Shown here: positions 36,795-46,369 of the stretch, one piece after another
How positions within the stretch are numbered: position 1 is the first letter of the stretch
Layout: every line of letters starts with the position of its first letter
Notes under the pieces: model-generated
What the model saw: only the letters and a program-made list of their open reading frames with translations
What the model was told of the DNA's origin: nothing
Databases searched by the model: none
Assembly: GCF_965208055.1 (NCBI RefSeq)
Contig: NZ_CBDBNY010000004.1
Coordinates: 320,045 to 384,044 of the forward strand
Reading direction: 5' to 3'
Source of the DNA: Candidatus Palauibacter sp.
GTDB lineage: Bacteria; Gemmatimonadota; Gemmatimonadetes; Palauibacterales; Palauibacteraceae
DNA length: 64,000 nt
Made by a program: the position numbers and the translations under genes

Positions 36795-37241
36795 GTGACC
36801 GTGGTCGTCAGGGAAGCGGGACTCGAGGATGTGGACCGCCTCGCGCCGCTGTTCGACGGGTACCGCCAGTTCTACCGCCAGCCGGCGGACCTGGAGGGTG
36901 CCCGCCGGTTCCTGGCGGAGCGTCTGGCGGCGGGTGAGTCGCGCGTGTTCGTGGCCGAGACGGCGGACGGCTGGCCGCTGGGGTTCGTGCAACTCTTCCC
37001 GTCCTTCTCGTCCGTGTCGATGAAGCGGCTCTGGATCCTCAACGACCTCTTCGTCGCGCCGGACGCGCGCCGGTCCGGGGTCGCGCGCGCCCTCATGGAC
37101 CGGGCGCGGGCCCTCGCCGTCGAGACCGGGGCCAAGGGCCTCATCCTCGAGACGGAGTCCCACAACGCCCCCGCGAAGAGGCTGTACGAAGAGCTGGGCT
37201 GGGCGCTCGACGGCACCGACCACTACGAGTTGCCGGTGTGA
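36795..37241 (+). CDS. GNAT family N-acetyltransferase
   Basis: Acetyl-CoA binding motif LFVAPDARRSGVARALMDRARALA. Confidence 0.8.
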   Translation: MTVVVREAGLEDVDRLAPLFDGYRQFYRQPADLEGARRFLAERLAAGESRVFVAETADGWPLGFVQLFPSFSSVSMKRLWILNDLFVAPDARRSGVARALMDRARALAVETGAKGLILETESHNAPAKRLYEELGWALDGTDHYELPV

Positions 37242-37723
37242 GCCCCCGGGTGAACACGTCGGTGCGCGCGGCGGCCTCGGCAGTGCTGCTGCCACTGCTG
37301 GCCTCCTTCGCATGCGCTGCCGGATCGGCGGCGGGACCCGCGGATGGGGATGGAGAGTCCGGACATGAGTTGCGACTGTCGCTCTCGACCGGCGACGAGT
37401 CGCCGAGGGCCGCCACGCCCATCGTCCTCGAACTGGCCGGTGTCAACGAAGGCCAGGCCGCACTCATCCTCGATTTCCCGGACGGCCAGCGCTACGACTT
37501 CGAGGTGATCTCGGAGGATGGGGCCGTCGTCTGGCGCTGGGCGGAGGGCAGGTTCTTCGCCCAGGTACTGGGGCGCGAAACGCTCGAACCCGGCGCCTCG
37601 CTGAACTGGACCGCGACAATCGAGGCCGGGCTGCCGGCCGGTGTCTACCGCGTCCTCGCCACACTCACCACGGTGGAGCCTCACACCATCGAGGCCACCC
37701 TCACCGTCCTTCCCCGGAGATAG
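37238..37723 (+). CDS. Small lipoprotein, possibly a BsuPI-like proteinase-inhibitor fold
   Basis: Lipobox LASFACA. ~110-aa beta-rich domain. Overlaps the GNAT stop by 4 nt and precedes the M28 peptidase. Family assignment is weak. Confidence 0.35.
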   Translation: MSPRVNTSVRAAASAVLLPLLASFACAAGSAAGPADGDGESGHELRLSLSTGDESPRAATPIVLELAGVNEGQAALILDFPDGQRYDFEVISEDGAVVWRWAEGRFFAQVLGRETLEPGASLNWTATIEAGLPAGVYRVLATLTTVEPHTIEATLTVLPRR

Positions 37724-37729
37724 CGACCA

Positions 37730-39526
37730 TTGAACGACAACACGACGTCGGCAGGGCTCGCCACGGGCCCCGACGCCCTCGAGACCGACCTCCTGCGGGC
37801 CGTTTCCTTCGACGCGGGGTGGTCCCTGCTCGAGCGCTTCTCGACCCTGGTACGAGAGTCGGGGAGCGAGGAGGAGCACATCGCCGCGGAGTACATCGCC
37901 GCCGAACTGAGTCGGCTGGGCGTGCCCTTCGAGATGCACGAGCCCGATCTCTACCTCTCGCTTCCCCGCGAATCCTCGGTGGAGTGGAGCGGCGGGTCGA
38001 TACGGGCCAAGCCGCCGTCCTTCGCGGTACCGACGCAGGGTGGCGGGCTCGAAGGGGAACTCGTCTTCGTCCCGGCCGCGGCCGCGACGGGGCAGCGAGA
38101 CCTGTTCGCGAAACGGCTCGGCGACGACCTGCCCGACGTGGCCGGCAAGATCGTGCTCAGCGAGGGATTCGCGATGCCGGGCATGGTCTCCGCTTTCGAG
38201 GCGGCGGGAGCGGTGGGACAGGTCTTCATCAACCCCGGGCAGAAGATCCACTGGGGGATCTGCACGTCGATATGGGGCACGCCGACGACCCGGAACCTCG
38301 CCACGAAGCCCGGGACGCCCGTGGTCGCGGTCAACAACCCCGATGGAGAGCGGCTGAAGGAGGCCGTGGGCGAAACCGTCCGGCTGGAGGTCCGTCTGGA
38401 GGAGGGCTGGTATCCGTGCAAGCTGCCCGTGGCGCACATCGCCGGCGCGTCGGACGAGTTCATGCTCGTGCACGGGCACTACGACTCGTGGGACATCGGG
38501 ATCGGCGACAACGCGGTGGGGGACGCGACGCTGCTCGAACTGGCGCGCATCTTTCACGCCGAGGCGGGGCGGTTGAAGCGCTCGCTGCGTATCGCGTGGT
38601 GGCCGGCGCACTCGACCGGGCGCTACGGCGGCTCGACCTGGTATGCCGACACGCACGCGCTGGAACTGCGTAAGCGCTGCGTGGGCGCGATCAACATCGA
38701 CTCGCCGGGCTGCTGGCACGCGACGGAGTACGACGACGTGATGTGGATGGCCGAGGCGGGGCCGCTGTGTGCCCGCGCGATCGCCGACGTCACGGGGAAG
38801 ACGGCGAAGCGGCTGCGGCCGCTGCGGGCCGGTGACTATTCCTTCAATCAGATCGGTCTCACCTCGTTCTACATGCTGCTCTCGAACATCCCGGCGGAGG
38901 AGCGCGCGGCGCTCGGCTTCTATCCCACCGGCGGGTGCGGGGGCAATATCGCGTGGCACACCGAAGACGATGTCATGGCCGTCGCCGAGCGGGAGAACCT
39001 CGAGCGCGACCTGGGCGTTTACGTCGCCTCGATCGCGCGCGTGCTCAACGCGCGGATCCTCCCGTACGACTTCCGCGAGACCGTCTCGGAGCTGACGGGG
39101 TTCGTCGAGGACTACGTGGAGGCGGCCGGGGATCTGCTGGACCTCGGCGCGGTCCGGGCAGAACTCGCAGCGCTGGGCGCCGCGCTGGACGACCTGTACG
39201 CCGCCATCGGCGAGGGACGACCGGGTGGGGCGGCGGCCGGGGCCGTGAACGAGTTGTTCCTCGAGTTGTCCCGCATCCTGGTGCCGATCGGCTACGCGGA
39301 GGGAGGGCCGTTCGACCACGATCCGGCCCTGCCGCGGATACCGATCCCGCGGCTGGCGAGGGTGGCCGAATTGTCGAGCCTCGCGGCATCCGGCTCCGAC
39401 GCGCTGCCCTTCCTCGTGAACGAAGTGCGTCGGGAGGCGAACCACGTGGCGAACGGCTTCCACGAGGCGGCCCGGGCGGTGCGGCGCGTGCTCGCCCGGT
39501 TGACGGCTTCGGCGCCGGCGGGCTGA
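37730..39526 (+). CDS. M28 family zinc peptidase with a PA domain
   Basis: M28 metal-ligand regions HGHYDSW, GIGDNAVGDATLLELARI and WWPAHSTGRYGGSTWY. Confidence 0.8.
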   Translation: MNDNTTSAGLATGPDALETDLLRAVSFDAGWSLLERFSTLVRESGSEEEHIAAEYIAAELSRLGVPFEMHEPDLYLSLPRESSVEWSGGSIRAKPPSFAVPTQGGGLEGELVFVPAAAATGQRDLFAKRLGDDLPDVAGKIVLSEGFAMPGMVSAFEAAGAVGQVFINPGQKIHWGICTSIWGTPTTRNLATKPGTPVVAVNNPDGERLKEAVGETVRLEVRLEEGWYPCKLPVAHIAGASDEFMLVHGHYDSWDIGIGDNAVGDATLLELARIFHAEAGRLKRSLRIAWWPAHSTGRYGGSTWYADTHALELRKRCVGAINIDSPGCWHATEYDDVMWMAEAGPLCARAIADVTGKTAKRLRPLRAGDYSFNQIGLTSFYMLLSNIPAEERAALGFYPTGGCGGNIAWHTEDDVMAVAERENLERDLGVYVASIARVLNARILPYDFRETVSELTGFVEDYVEAAGDLLDLGAVRAELAALGAALDDLYAAIGEGRPGGAAAGAVNELFLELSRILVPIGYAEGGPFDHDPALPRIPIPRLARVAELSSLAASGSDALPFLVNEVRREANHVANGFHEAARAVRRVLARLTASAPAG

Positions 39527-40245
39527 CGCGGGTGCGAGGCACGAGGGGAGGATCGGCGCGCGCGGCTGCGGCGGCGGCACTGGCGCTGGTGGCGGCACCG
39601 GCGCTGGCGGGCCTGTCCGTGGCGGCGTCGGCGGCGGCGCAGACGACGGACACGGTATTCGTCCGGCTGGATGCCGATGGCGCCGCCCACGTTCGGCAGG
39701 GCCTCCCGCCGGATAGCGGCGCGGTGCGGGCATTCGCGATTCGGATCGAGCACCAGACCCTGTCGCTGACGGAGGCGGCGCCGGACGGCGGGCCTCCGCC
39801 CGACGTCGATGCCGCGCTGACCCCGGTCGACGGCGCGTACCGCATCGACGTGGTCTCCGACGCGCCGGTCGTCGTGTCCTACACCGTGCGGAATCCGGTG
39901 CGCGGACGGCTGGACCGGATCCCCCTCTTCGTCGCCGGCCGCGAGGCCGAGGAGACCGTCGTACAGGAGGTCACGGCGCCGTGGCTGATTCGGCTGGAGG
40001 GAGATCCGGACGTACTCGATGCGCTGGACCTGTCGACCAGCCTGCCGCGCTTCGTCCGCACCGGCGATGACGTCGTGACGGCCACCCTGTCGAGCGTGCC
40101 GGGGCTGTTGCGGCTGTCCCGCGGGGGCGCGCTCTCGTTCGCGCGCATCGCCGACTTCGCGGTCCTCGCCCTGCTGCTGACCGGCGCGATCTGGACGTGG
40201 CGCAACGCGCGAGTCCGCCGCCACGGCGCTGGAGCCGCCCGGTGA
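39527..40245 (+). CDS. Hypothetical secreted protein with a C-terminal membrane anchor
   Basis: N-terminal Ala-rich signal and a C-terminal TM (FAVLALLLTGAIWTW). The start is uncertain because the frame is open upstream through the M28 gene. Confidence 0.35.
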
Positions 40246-40457
40246 CGATCATCCTGATCGCGGCGGGCTTCTTCGCCCTCGGCCTCACCGTGATCCTTCT
40301 CTTCCGGAGGACCATCCGCGCCGACGACGAGTTGGACCGCCGCTGGGCGGAGGTCGTCGCACAGCGCTCCCGACGCGGCGACTCGCCCTCCGCGCCCTCC
40401 GCGCTCGGCGAGACCGCGGAACCCGAGGGGCCCGAACCACCCGGCGCGCCGACATGA
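40197..40457 (+). CDS. Small single-TM protein translationally coupled to the SSS transporter
   Basis: TM segment VTIILIAAGFFALGLTVILLF. Its stop overlaps the transporter ATG (ATGA at 40454). Small subunits like this (DUF3311/DUF4212 style) are known companions of SSS permeases. Confidence 0.4.
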   Translation: MAQRASPPPRRWSRPVTIILIAAGFFALGLTVILLFRRTIRADDELDRRWAEVVAQRSRRGDSPSAPSALGETAEPEGPEPPGAPT

Positions 40458-41902
40458 GCGACGTCTTTTTCGTCGTCCTCGGCGTCTACGTGGCCATCAT
40501 CATGGGCATCGCGATCTGGAGCTACTTCCAGACCGAGACCGAAGTCGACTTCCTCGCCGCCGGCCGCTCGATCGGCCCCATCGTCGGCGGCGCCGTCCTC
40601 GCCGCCACGCAGATCTCCGCCGGCACCTTCGTGGGCACCGCCGGCCGCCACTACCTGGCCGGCGTCTCCTGGGTCTTCCCCTGGCTCGGCCTCTGGACGG
40701 GGTGGCTCGTGTGCGCCTTCTTCGTCGCCCCGAAACTGCGGCGGCTCGGCGCGCTCACCGTCCCCGACTACATCTCCGCCCGCTACGGCAGCCCGAAGGC
40801 CGGAGCGCTCGCCGGCGTCCTCATCGTCGTGGCCTACACGATCTACCTCGTGGCGCAGTTCCAGGCGGGCGGCGAGATCGCGGAAGTGGTGTTCGGCATC
40901 CGCCCGCTCACCGCGATGCTCATCATCGTGGCATCGACCGCGCTCTACACGCTCCTCGGCGGGGTCCGGTCCAGTTCCTACATCGATTTCCTGCAGACGC
41001 TGATCATGGTCTCGGCGCTCATCGTGGCCGTCCCCGTCCTCCTCAACCAGGTCGGCGGCGGCAGCCCCGTCGCGGCGGTCGAGCGGTCGCTCGACTTCCT
41101 GGACACGCTCGATGACCGTCTCGTGGGCTGGTACTACTCACCGCGGGAACTCCTCGCGTTCGCGATCGCGTTCGGACTCTCGATCGCGGCGGCGCCATAC
41201 GAACTCACCCGCTTCTACTCGATGCGGGATGAGCGCACGGTGCGGAAGGCCATCTTCGTGGCGATCGGCTTCCAGGTCGTGATCGCGACCAGCATCATGT
41301 CGATCGGCATGCTCATGCGGGTACTGTTCCCGAACCTCCCCTCCCAGGACCAGGCGACGGCGACGATGGCGCTCCACGTGCTGCCTCCCGTCGTCGGCGC
41401 GCTGCTGCTGGTCGCCATGCTGTCGGCGATCATGTCGACCGTGAACTCGATCCTCCTCGTGACCGGCGCGGGTGTCGCGCACGATCTGTACGGGAAGTTC
41501 ATCCGGCCCGACGCGAGCCAGAAGCACCTCGTGAACGCGAACCGGGTGGCGATCGTCGTCCTCGCGATCATCCCCCTCTTCTTCGCGCTGCAGAAGCTGG
41601 GGGATGTCCAGGGCATCGTTCTGGAACAGGCGAAGTTCATCGCCTCCTTCTTCTTCGTCCCCATCGTCATCGGTCTCAACTGGCGGCGGGGGACGGCGAA
41701 GGGCGCGGTCGCCTCGATGATCGGGGGCTTCCTGGCCTGCCTGGTGTGGACGCTCTGGTTCCAGGAACACTACTTCGATCTGTACGGGATCGACTCCGTC
41801 GAACTGGGTGTCGGTGCGAGCCTGATCCTGTTCATCATGGTTTCGCTGATGACGAAACCGAATCCCGGCCAGACGCTGGAGCCGTTTTTCGGAAACAAGT
41901 GA
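40454..41902 (+). CDS. Sodium:solute symporter (SSS) family transporter
   Basis: 482 aa with 13 TM helices. SSS motifs FLAAGRS and GG..S.IDFLQT. Confidence 0.9.
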   Translation: MSDVFFVVLGVYVAIIMGIAIWSYFQTETEVDFLAAGRSIGPIVGGAVLAATQISAGTFVGTAGRHYLAGVSWVFPWLGLWTGWLVCAFFVAPKLRRLGALTVPDYISARYGSPKAGALAGVLIVVAYTIYLVAQFQAGGEIAEVVFGIRPLTAMLIIVASTALYTLLGGVRSSSYIDFLQTLIMVSALIVAVPVLLNQVGGGSPVAAVERSLDFLDTLDDRLVGWYYSPRELLAFAIAFGLSIAAAPYELTRFYSMRDERTVRKAIFVAIGFQVVIATSIMSIGMLMRVLFPNLPSQDQATATMALHVLPPVVGALLLVAMLSAIMSTVNSILLVTGAGVAHDLYGKFIRPDASQKHLVNANRVAIVVLAIIPLFFALQKLGDVQGIVLEQAKFIASFFFVPIVIGLNWRRGTAKGAVASMIGGFLACLVWTLWFQEHYFDLYGIDSVELGVGASLILFIMVSLMTKPNPGQTLEPFFGNK

Positions 41903-41919
41903 CGTTAGGGGGGCTTCGA

Positions 41920-42699
41920 ATGTCGGACGTACTGATGCGCCTGGTGGAGGAACTGAACGCGGGCACGGTCCGGGTGGTGGATCTCACGATCCCTCTCGGT
42001 CCCGATACCGTCGTCATCGATCTGCCTCCGATGTTCGCGCCATCGAAGGGCGTGACGATCGAGCGGATCTCGATGTATGACGACGACGGGCCGGCCTGGT
42101 ACTGGAACAACCTCACGCTCGGCGAACACACGGGGACGCACTTCGACGCCCCGATCCACTGGGTGACGGGGAAGGATGTGCCCGATGGGACGACGGACAC
42201 GATCCCGCCGCGGAAGTTCGTCGGCCCGGCGTGCGTCATCGACGTGGAGGCGGCGGTCGACGCGGACCCCGACTTCCTCCTCGCTCCGGCGGGGCTCGAG
42301 GCGTGGGAGGCGGAGCATGGACGCGTGCCCGAGGGCGCCTGGGTTTTTCTGCGCACCGGGTGGAGCCGGAGGGAAGGGAAGGAGGCGTTTCTCAACGTGT
42401 CGGAAGATGGCCCGCACTCGCCGGGCTTTCACCAGGAGACCTCGGCCCTGCTGGCCCATGACCGCGGGGTGCTCGGCGTCGGAGTGGAGACGGTCGGCAC
42501 CGACGCGGGCCAGGCGGGAGGGTTCGATCCGCCGTTCCCGAACCACGGGATCATGCACGGGGCGGGGAAGTTCGGCCTCGCGAGCCTGTGCAACCTCGAC
42601 CGGTTGCCCCCGACGGGCGCCGTGGCGGTCGCCGCCCCGCTCAAGATCGTGGACGGGAGCGGGAGCCCGCTGCGCGTGATCGCGCTGGTCCCGGCGTAG
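41920..42699 (+). CDS. Cyclase family protein (kynurenine formamidase/arylformamidase-like)
   Basis: Metal-binding motif HTGTHFDAPIHW (HxGTHxDxPxH). Confidence 0.8.
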   Translation: MSDVLMRLVEELNAGTVRVVDLTIPLGPDTVVIDLPPMFAPSKGVTIERISMYDDDGPAWYWNNLTLGEHTGTHFDAPIHWVTGKDVPDGTTDTIPPRKFVGPACVIDVEAAVDADPDFLLAPAGLEAWEAEHGRVPEGAWVFLRTGWSRREGKEAFLNVSEDGPHSPGFHQETSALLAHDRGVLGVGVETVGTDAGQAGGFDPPFPNHGIMHGAGKFGLASLCNLDRLPPTGAVAVAAPLKIVDGSGSPLRVIALVPA

Positions 42700-42721
42700 A
42701 GGGCGGGGAAGGGGGCGCGGG

Positions 42722-43534
42722 ATGGAGCGCAGGGAGCGGCGGGGATCCGCCTACCGGAAGGTCTTGAGGGCGCTGGACGAGGCCATCTTCTGCCTGGAGC
42801 GGGAGCCCTTGGGGGATCCGGATGACCATGGCGCGGAGCAGCAGGGAATCTTCCGCCTCGGAGAAGCGGGCGGAATCGCCTTCGCCAGCCGGTTCGCGGG
42901 AACCGGCCCCGGGGCCCTCTTCGACGAGATCTCCGATGCGGCCGAGACGGAGGATCTGGATCGGATCCGCCAGATACGGAGCCTGGTGGAATCGAGGCTG
43001 CGGTCGGGCGACGGCGCGACCGCCGGAGCCTCGGGAGGGGATGCGCTCGACTGGGATGCCGGCTACCTGCAGCTCCTCGCGGTCCTGAACGAGTCGCGGC
43101 GAGCCCGGGACGACGGAGACGCGCATCGATACTGGATCATGGCGGGTTTCCTCGCCGGCTTCCTTCGGCGGGACGCGAGACCGGGGGAATACGAGCCCGA
43201 ATCCCTGCGCGACGAGGTCATCGCCGCCTGCAACGAGGGATGGGGCGAGACCCTGTGGACGGAATGGGAGGCGATTCGGGACGAGTGGCTGGCCGGCGAT
43301 TCGCCGGGAGCCCCGGAGGACCCGGACCTTCTCCTCAGGTGGCTCGGTCTGCGACTGGCCGCCGCGGAATCCGTGAGCGGTTCGCTCGTTCCGAGCCAGG
43401 TCGGCGGAACGGACGACCATCGAAGCGGGGGGCAGTCGGACGATGGGGCGCGCTTCCTGTGCTGCGAACGCTCGACTCGCCGCGCGCAGAACTTCGGCGC
43501 CAGAATCGCGCGCCGCGACGAATATGGGGGATAA
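42722..43534 (+). CDS. Uncharacterised protein, paralogue A of a tandem pair
   Basis: 270 aa with no recognisable domain. Shares N-terminal (RKVL.ALD.A.F..ER.P...D.D) and C-terminal (S.RRAQNFG.R.A.RD) motifs with the next gene. Confidence 0.5.
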   Translation: MERRERRGSAYRKVLRALDEAIFCLEREPLGDPDDHGAEQQGIFRLGEAGGIAFASRFAGTGPGALFDEISDAAETEDLDRIRQIRSLVESRLRSGDGATAGASGGDALDWDAGYLQLLAVLNESRRARDDGDAHRYWIMAGFLAGFLRRDARPGEYEPESLRDEVIAACNEGWGETLWTEWEAIRDEWLAGDSPGAPEDPDLLLRWLGLRLAAAESVSGSLVPSQVGGTDDHRSGGQSDDGARFLCCERSTRRAQNFGARIARRDEYGG

Positions 43535-44423
43535 TCGCTCCGAGTGGGAGCAGTCCATTCGCCGGAAAGTGCTGAAGGCGCTGGATGACGCCCTCTTCCA
43601 GTTCGAGCGGGTTCCCACGGGGGGTCGCGATGAAGACGATGCCGGACGGTCGGCAACGTTCCATCTCGGGATGGCCGGTGGGTTTGCTTTCCTGGGCCGT
43701 CTGCCGGGGATTGAGTCGGATGCCCTGTTCGACGACATCTCCGATGCCGCCGAGGAGGGGGATTTCGGTCGTGTCGGCCGGATCCGGCGGCGTGTCCAGG
43801 CCAACTTGAGCTCCGATCGGCCCTGCGATAAGAGTGACCCGGGCGAGGGATCTCTCGACTTGGCAACCGGTTTCCTTCAGATGATCCCCGCCCTGGGCGA
43901 GGCGCGCCGGGCGTGGAGGGAGGGGGACAGATCCCGCCACTCGCTGATGCTGGGCTTTCTCGTCGGCCTCCTCCACTCGCATCCGATGCCGTACAGGCTC
44001 GGCACGCTGTCCGACGCGGTGATCGCCATCCATGCCCGCGACGCCACGTGCGCTCGCAAGTGGGTGGAGGCCGAGTCGATTGAGGCGCGTGAGTACCGGG
44101 GACGCCCGGCGAACACCGACCCGCGGGCCCTTCTCATGAGGTGGCTGGGCGACCGCTTGGCCGCCGGCCATCGGTTCAGCGAACCGTTGTGGTGTCACTC
44201 CGTCGATGAGACGGAGGACGAGCGTCGGGAGCGGGAAGCCGGGGAGAGGGCGTACTTCAAGAGACAGGAGACCTCCAGCCGGCGCGCGCAGAACTTCGGA
44301 AAGAGGCTTGCCGCCAGGGACACGGAGGGCATCTGGATCCCGGTCAGCTACTCGATAAACCGGGCTCTGGTGCTCGGACCTCACGAGGAGGAGCGCCGGG
44401 CTGACGGCGAGCACGAGACCTGA
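43524..44423 (+). CDS. Uncharacterised protein, paralogue B of the tandem pair
   Basis: 299 aa. Start overlaps the end of paralogue A by 11 nt. Shares the motifs described for paralogue A. Confidence 0.5.
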   Translation: MGDNRSEWEQSIRRKVLKALDDALFQFERVPTGGRDEDDAGRSATFHLGMAGGFAFLGRLPGIESDALFDDISDAAEEGDFGRVGRIRRRVQANLSSDRPCDKSDPGEGSLDLATGFLQMIPALGEARRAWREGDRSRHSLMLGFLVGLLHSHPMPYRLGTLSDAVIAIHARDATCARKWVEAESIEAREYRGRPANTDPRALLMRWLGDRLAAGHRFSEPLWCHSVDETEDERREREAGERAYFKRQETSSRRAQNFGKRLAARDTEGIWIPVSYSINRALVLGPHEEERRADGEHET

Positions 44424-44510
44424 CGGCCAGACAGGCAGTGGCCGGGCGGGGGTGGCCTCGAGCCGGAGTCGGACCAAGGTTCAGAGGCGGAGTCCGGGTG
44501 GGGGTCGATC

Positions 44511-44879
44511 ATGTACTCCAGGCAAGAGGAGCGTCCAGTGAGGGATGACGGAAACGCAGGCAAGACCGTGAAGGTGGCGTCGATTCTGCTCGCGCTGCTC
44601 TTCCTCCTCAACGGAGGGATGAAGGTCTTCGGGATGATGGTCGACGAGTTTGCGCTGTGGGGCTATCCGGCGTGGTTCCAGTACCTGATCGGCGTCGTGG
44701 AGGTGCTGGCGGGGGTCGGTTTCCTGAGGCGTCCGACGCGGTTTCTCGCGTCGGCCGTGGTCATCGTGATCATGGCGGGCGCCATCTTCACCCTCGTGAG
44801 GGCGGGTGCGGCGGCGCAGGCCGCGGTTCCGGCCGTGGCGCTGATCCTGGCCCTGTTCGTGGGCAAGAACTCGCGCTAA
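44511..44879 (+). CDS. DoxX family membrane protein
   Basis: 122 aa with four TM helices and a DoxX-like sequence pattern (LLALLFLLNGGMKVFG...FQYLIGVVEVLAGVGFL). Confidence 0.75.
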   Translation: MYSRQEERPVRDDGNAGKTVKVASILLALLFLLNGGMKVFGMMVDEFALWGYPAWFQYLIGVVEVLAGVGFLRRPTRFLASAVVIVIMAGAIFTLVRAGAAAQAAVPAVALILALFVGKNSR

Positions 44880-44930
44880 AGGCCGGGCTCCGGCGCCGGG
44901 CCCGGGCGTTCCCGCGGGAACGCCGGCCGG

Positions 44931-46256
44931 TCAGCCGCCTTCGGCGGTCTCCAGCATCTGGTCGCCGACGAGCCGCACCACGCGGACGCGCTGAATGTCG
45001 AGTTCGTCCCGATCGATGTAGGCCAGCAGGCCGTCCGGCCCGAACGCGGCCGGGATCCGGAGTCCGTCGGCGGCGATGGTGCCGAAGTACTGCCCGTCCG
45101 GCGTGAGAATGTCCGTGGGCCCGGGCTCTCCCATCAGAGCCGAGCGCTGAACCCAGATGCGGTCGCTCCAGTCCACGGCCAGTATCGAGATGACCGGCAC
45201 TTCCTCGGGGAAGGTCATGCTTTCGACCCGGTCTTCCCGCATGCGGCGCATCGCCTCCGGGTCGGGACCGCTGGGGCGTCCGCCGCCCGCTCCCGCCGAC
45301 ACCGTGGCCGAGATGATCATGGCGGTTGCGCCTCCGCCCCCTCCGCCTCCGCTCCCGCCCTCGGCCAGGGCGGCGAGCCGGCGTTCGCGCTCCCCATCCC
45401 GGATCTCGTCGGTCACGGCGACCGGCGCGATGGGCCGCTCGAGCGTGCCCGTCACCTGACCCGAGGCATCGAGGATCTTGATCCGATAGCCGACCGAATC
45501 GGCCAGAACTACGCGGCCGTCTCCGAGGACACCGAAACTCAGGGGAAGGGGGAAGGCCTCCATCCCGGACATAATGATCCGCATGTCTCCGGTCTGAGTG
45601 TCGGTGTCCTCGACGGGTGGCCCCGCCCAGGCCGAATGGAATTCGTCCTGCGTCCCGTCGAGCCGGAACTGCCCGATGGGTCGGCCTTCCGGCTCCTCCT
45701 CTTCCTCCCCTCCTCCCATGAACGCGCCGAATGATCGGCTGATCATCCCTGCGGAGAGGAGGCTGTGGTCCGGCATGGGGTACATCCGCGGGCCGGGCAT
45801 CCCGGTTTGGAAAGTGAAGCTGGCCTCCTGGAGGGATTCACCCTCGCGGCTGAAGACCTTTATCCCCCGATTCATGTCGTTGACGGCGATGCGGCCATCG
45901 CCGAGCACCGCCAAGCCTACCGCCTGGTTGAGTTCCCCGGGTCCCTCTCCCTTGTTGGAGATGGTACGCACGAACTGGCCGGCCCGATCGACGACGACGA
46001 CGTGGCCGGCGTCATTATCGAGGATGAAGAGCGAGCCATCGTCACCGAAGGCAACGCCCCTCACGCTGCCGAACATCTCCCACGCGGCCCCGTCGAGCAC
46101 GCCAACGGTGTAGACCTCCTCCACGCCGGGCTGGAGGGGGATGTCGGGGCTGTCGAGCCCCGCGGTGGCGGGATTTCCGTCCCCGCCGCAACCAGCGGCC
46201 GCAAGCGGGGAGGCAATAAGGACGACGTGACGCGTGTGGATGCGGATGCTGCGCAT
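44931..46256 (-). CDS. Beta-propeller (NHL/TolB-like) repeat lipoprotein, tandem paralogue 1
   Basis: ATG at 46256 gives MRSIRIHTRHVVLIASPLAAAGCGG (lipobox). Repeated blade segments (GSLFILDNDAGHVVVVDRAGQFVRTI, GRVVLADSVGYRIKILDASGQV). Gly-rich linker. Shared C-terminal end. Confidence 0.6.
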   Translation of the reverse strand: MRSIRIHTRHVVLIASPLAAAGCGGDGNPATAGLDSPDIPLQPGVEEVYTVGVLDGAAWEMFGSVRGVAFGDDGSLFILDNDAGHVVVVDRAGQFVRTISNKGEGPGELNQAVGLAVLGDGRIAVNDMNRGIKVFSREGESLQEASFTFQTGMPGPRMYPMPDHSLLSAGMISRSFGAFMGGGEEEEEPEGRPIGQFRLDGTQDEFHSAWAGPPVEDTDTQTGDMRIIMSGMEAFPLPLSFGVLGDGRVVLADSVGYRIKILDASGQVTGTLERPIAPVAVTDEIRDGERERRLAALAEGGSGGGGGGGATAMIISATVSAGAGGGRPSGPDPEAMRRMREDRVESMTFPEEVPVISILAVDWSDRIWVQRSALMGEPGPTDILTPDGQYFGTIAADGLRIPAAFGPDGLLAYIDRDELDIQRVRVVRLVGDQMLETAEGG

Positions 46257-46369
46257 GCGGCTTCCTTCCATGTGACAGGGGCGGCGCCGGTGACGGCGAC
46301 GCATCCGGGCGTAGGCCGGATACCGGGTGCGACAGTGGAGGCCACGGCAACCGTTGCCCGCGGCCGGAA

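Noticed and set aside
37223-39733. 836-aa minus-strand ORF antisense to the M28 peptidase
   Set aside because: The plus strand encodes M28 with conserved metal ligands. The minus-strand product is Pro/Arg-rich low complexity.
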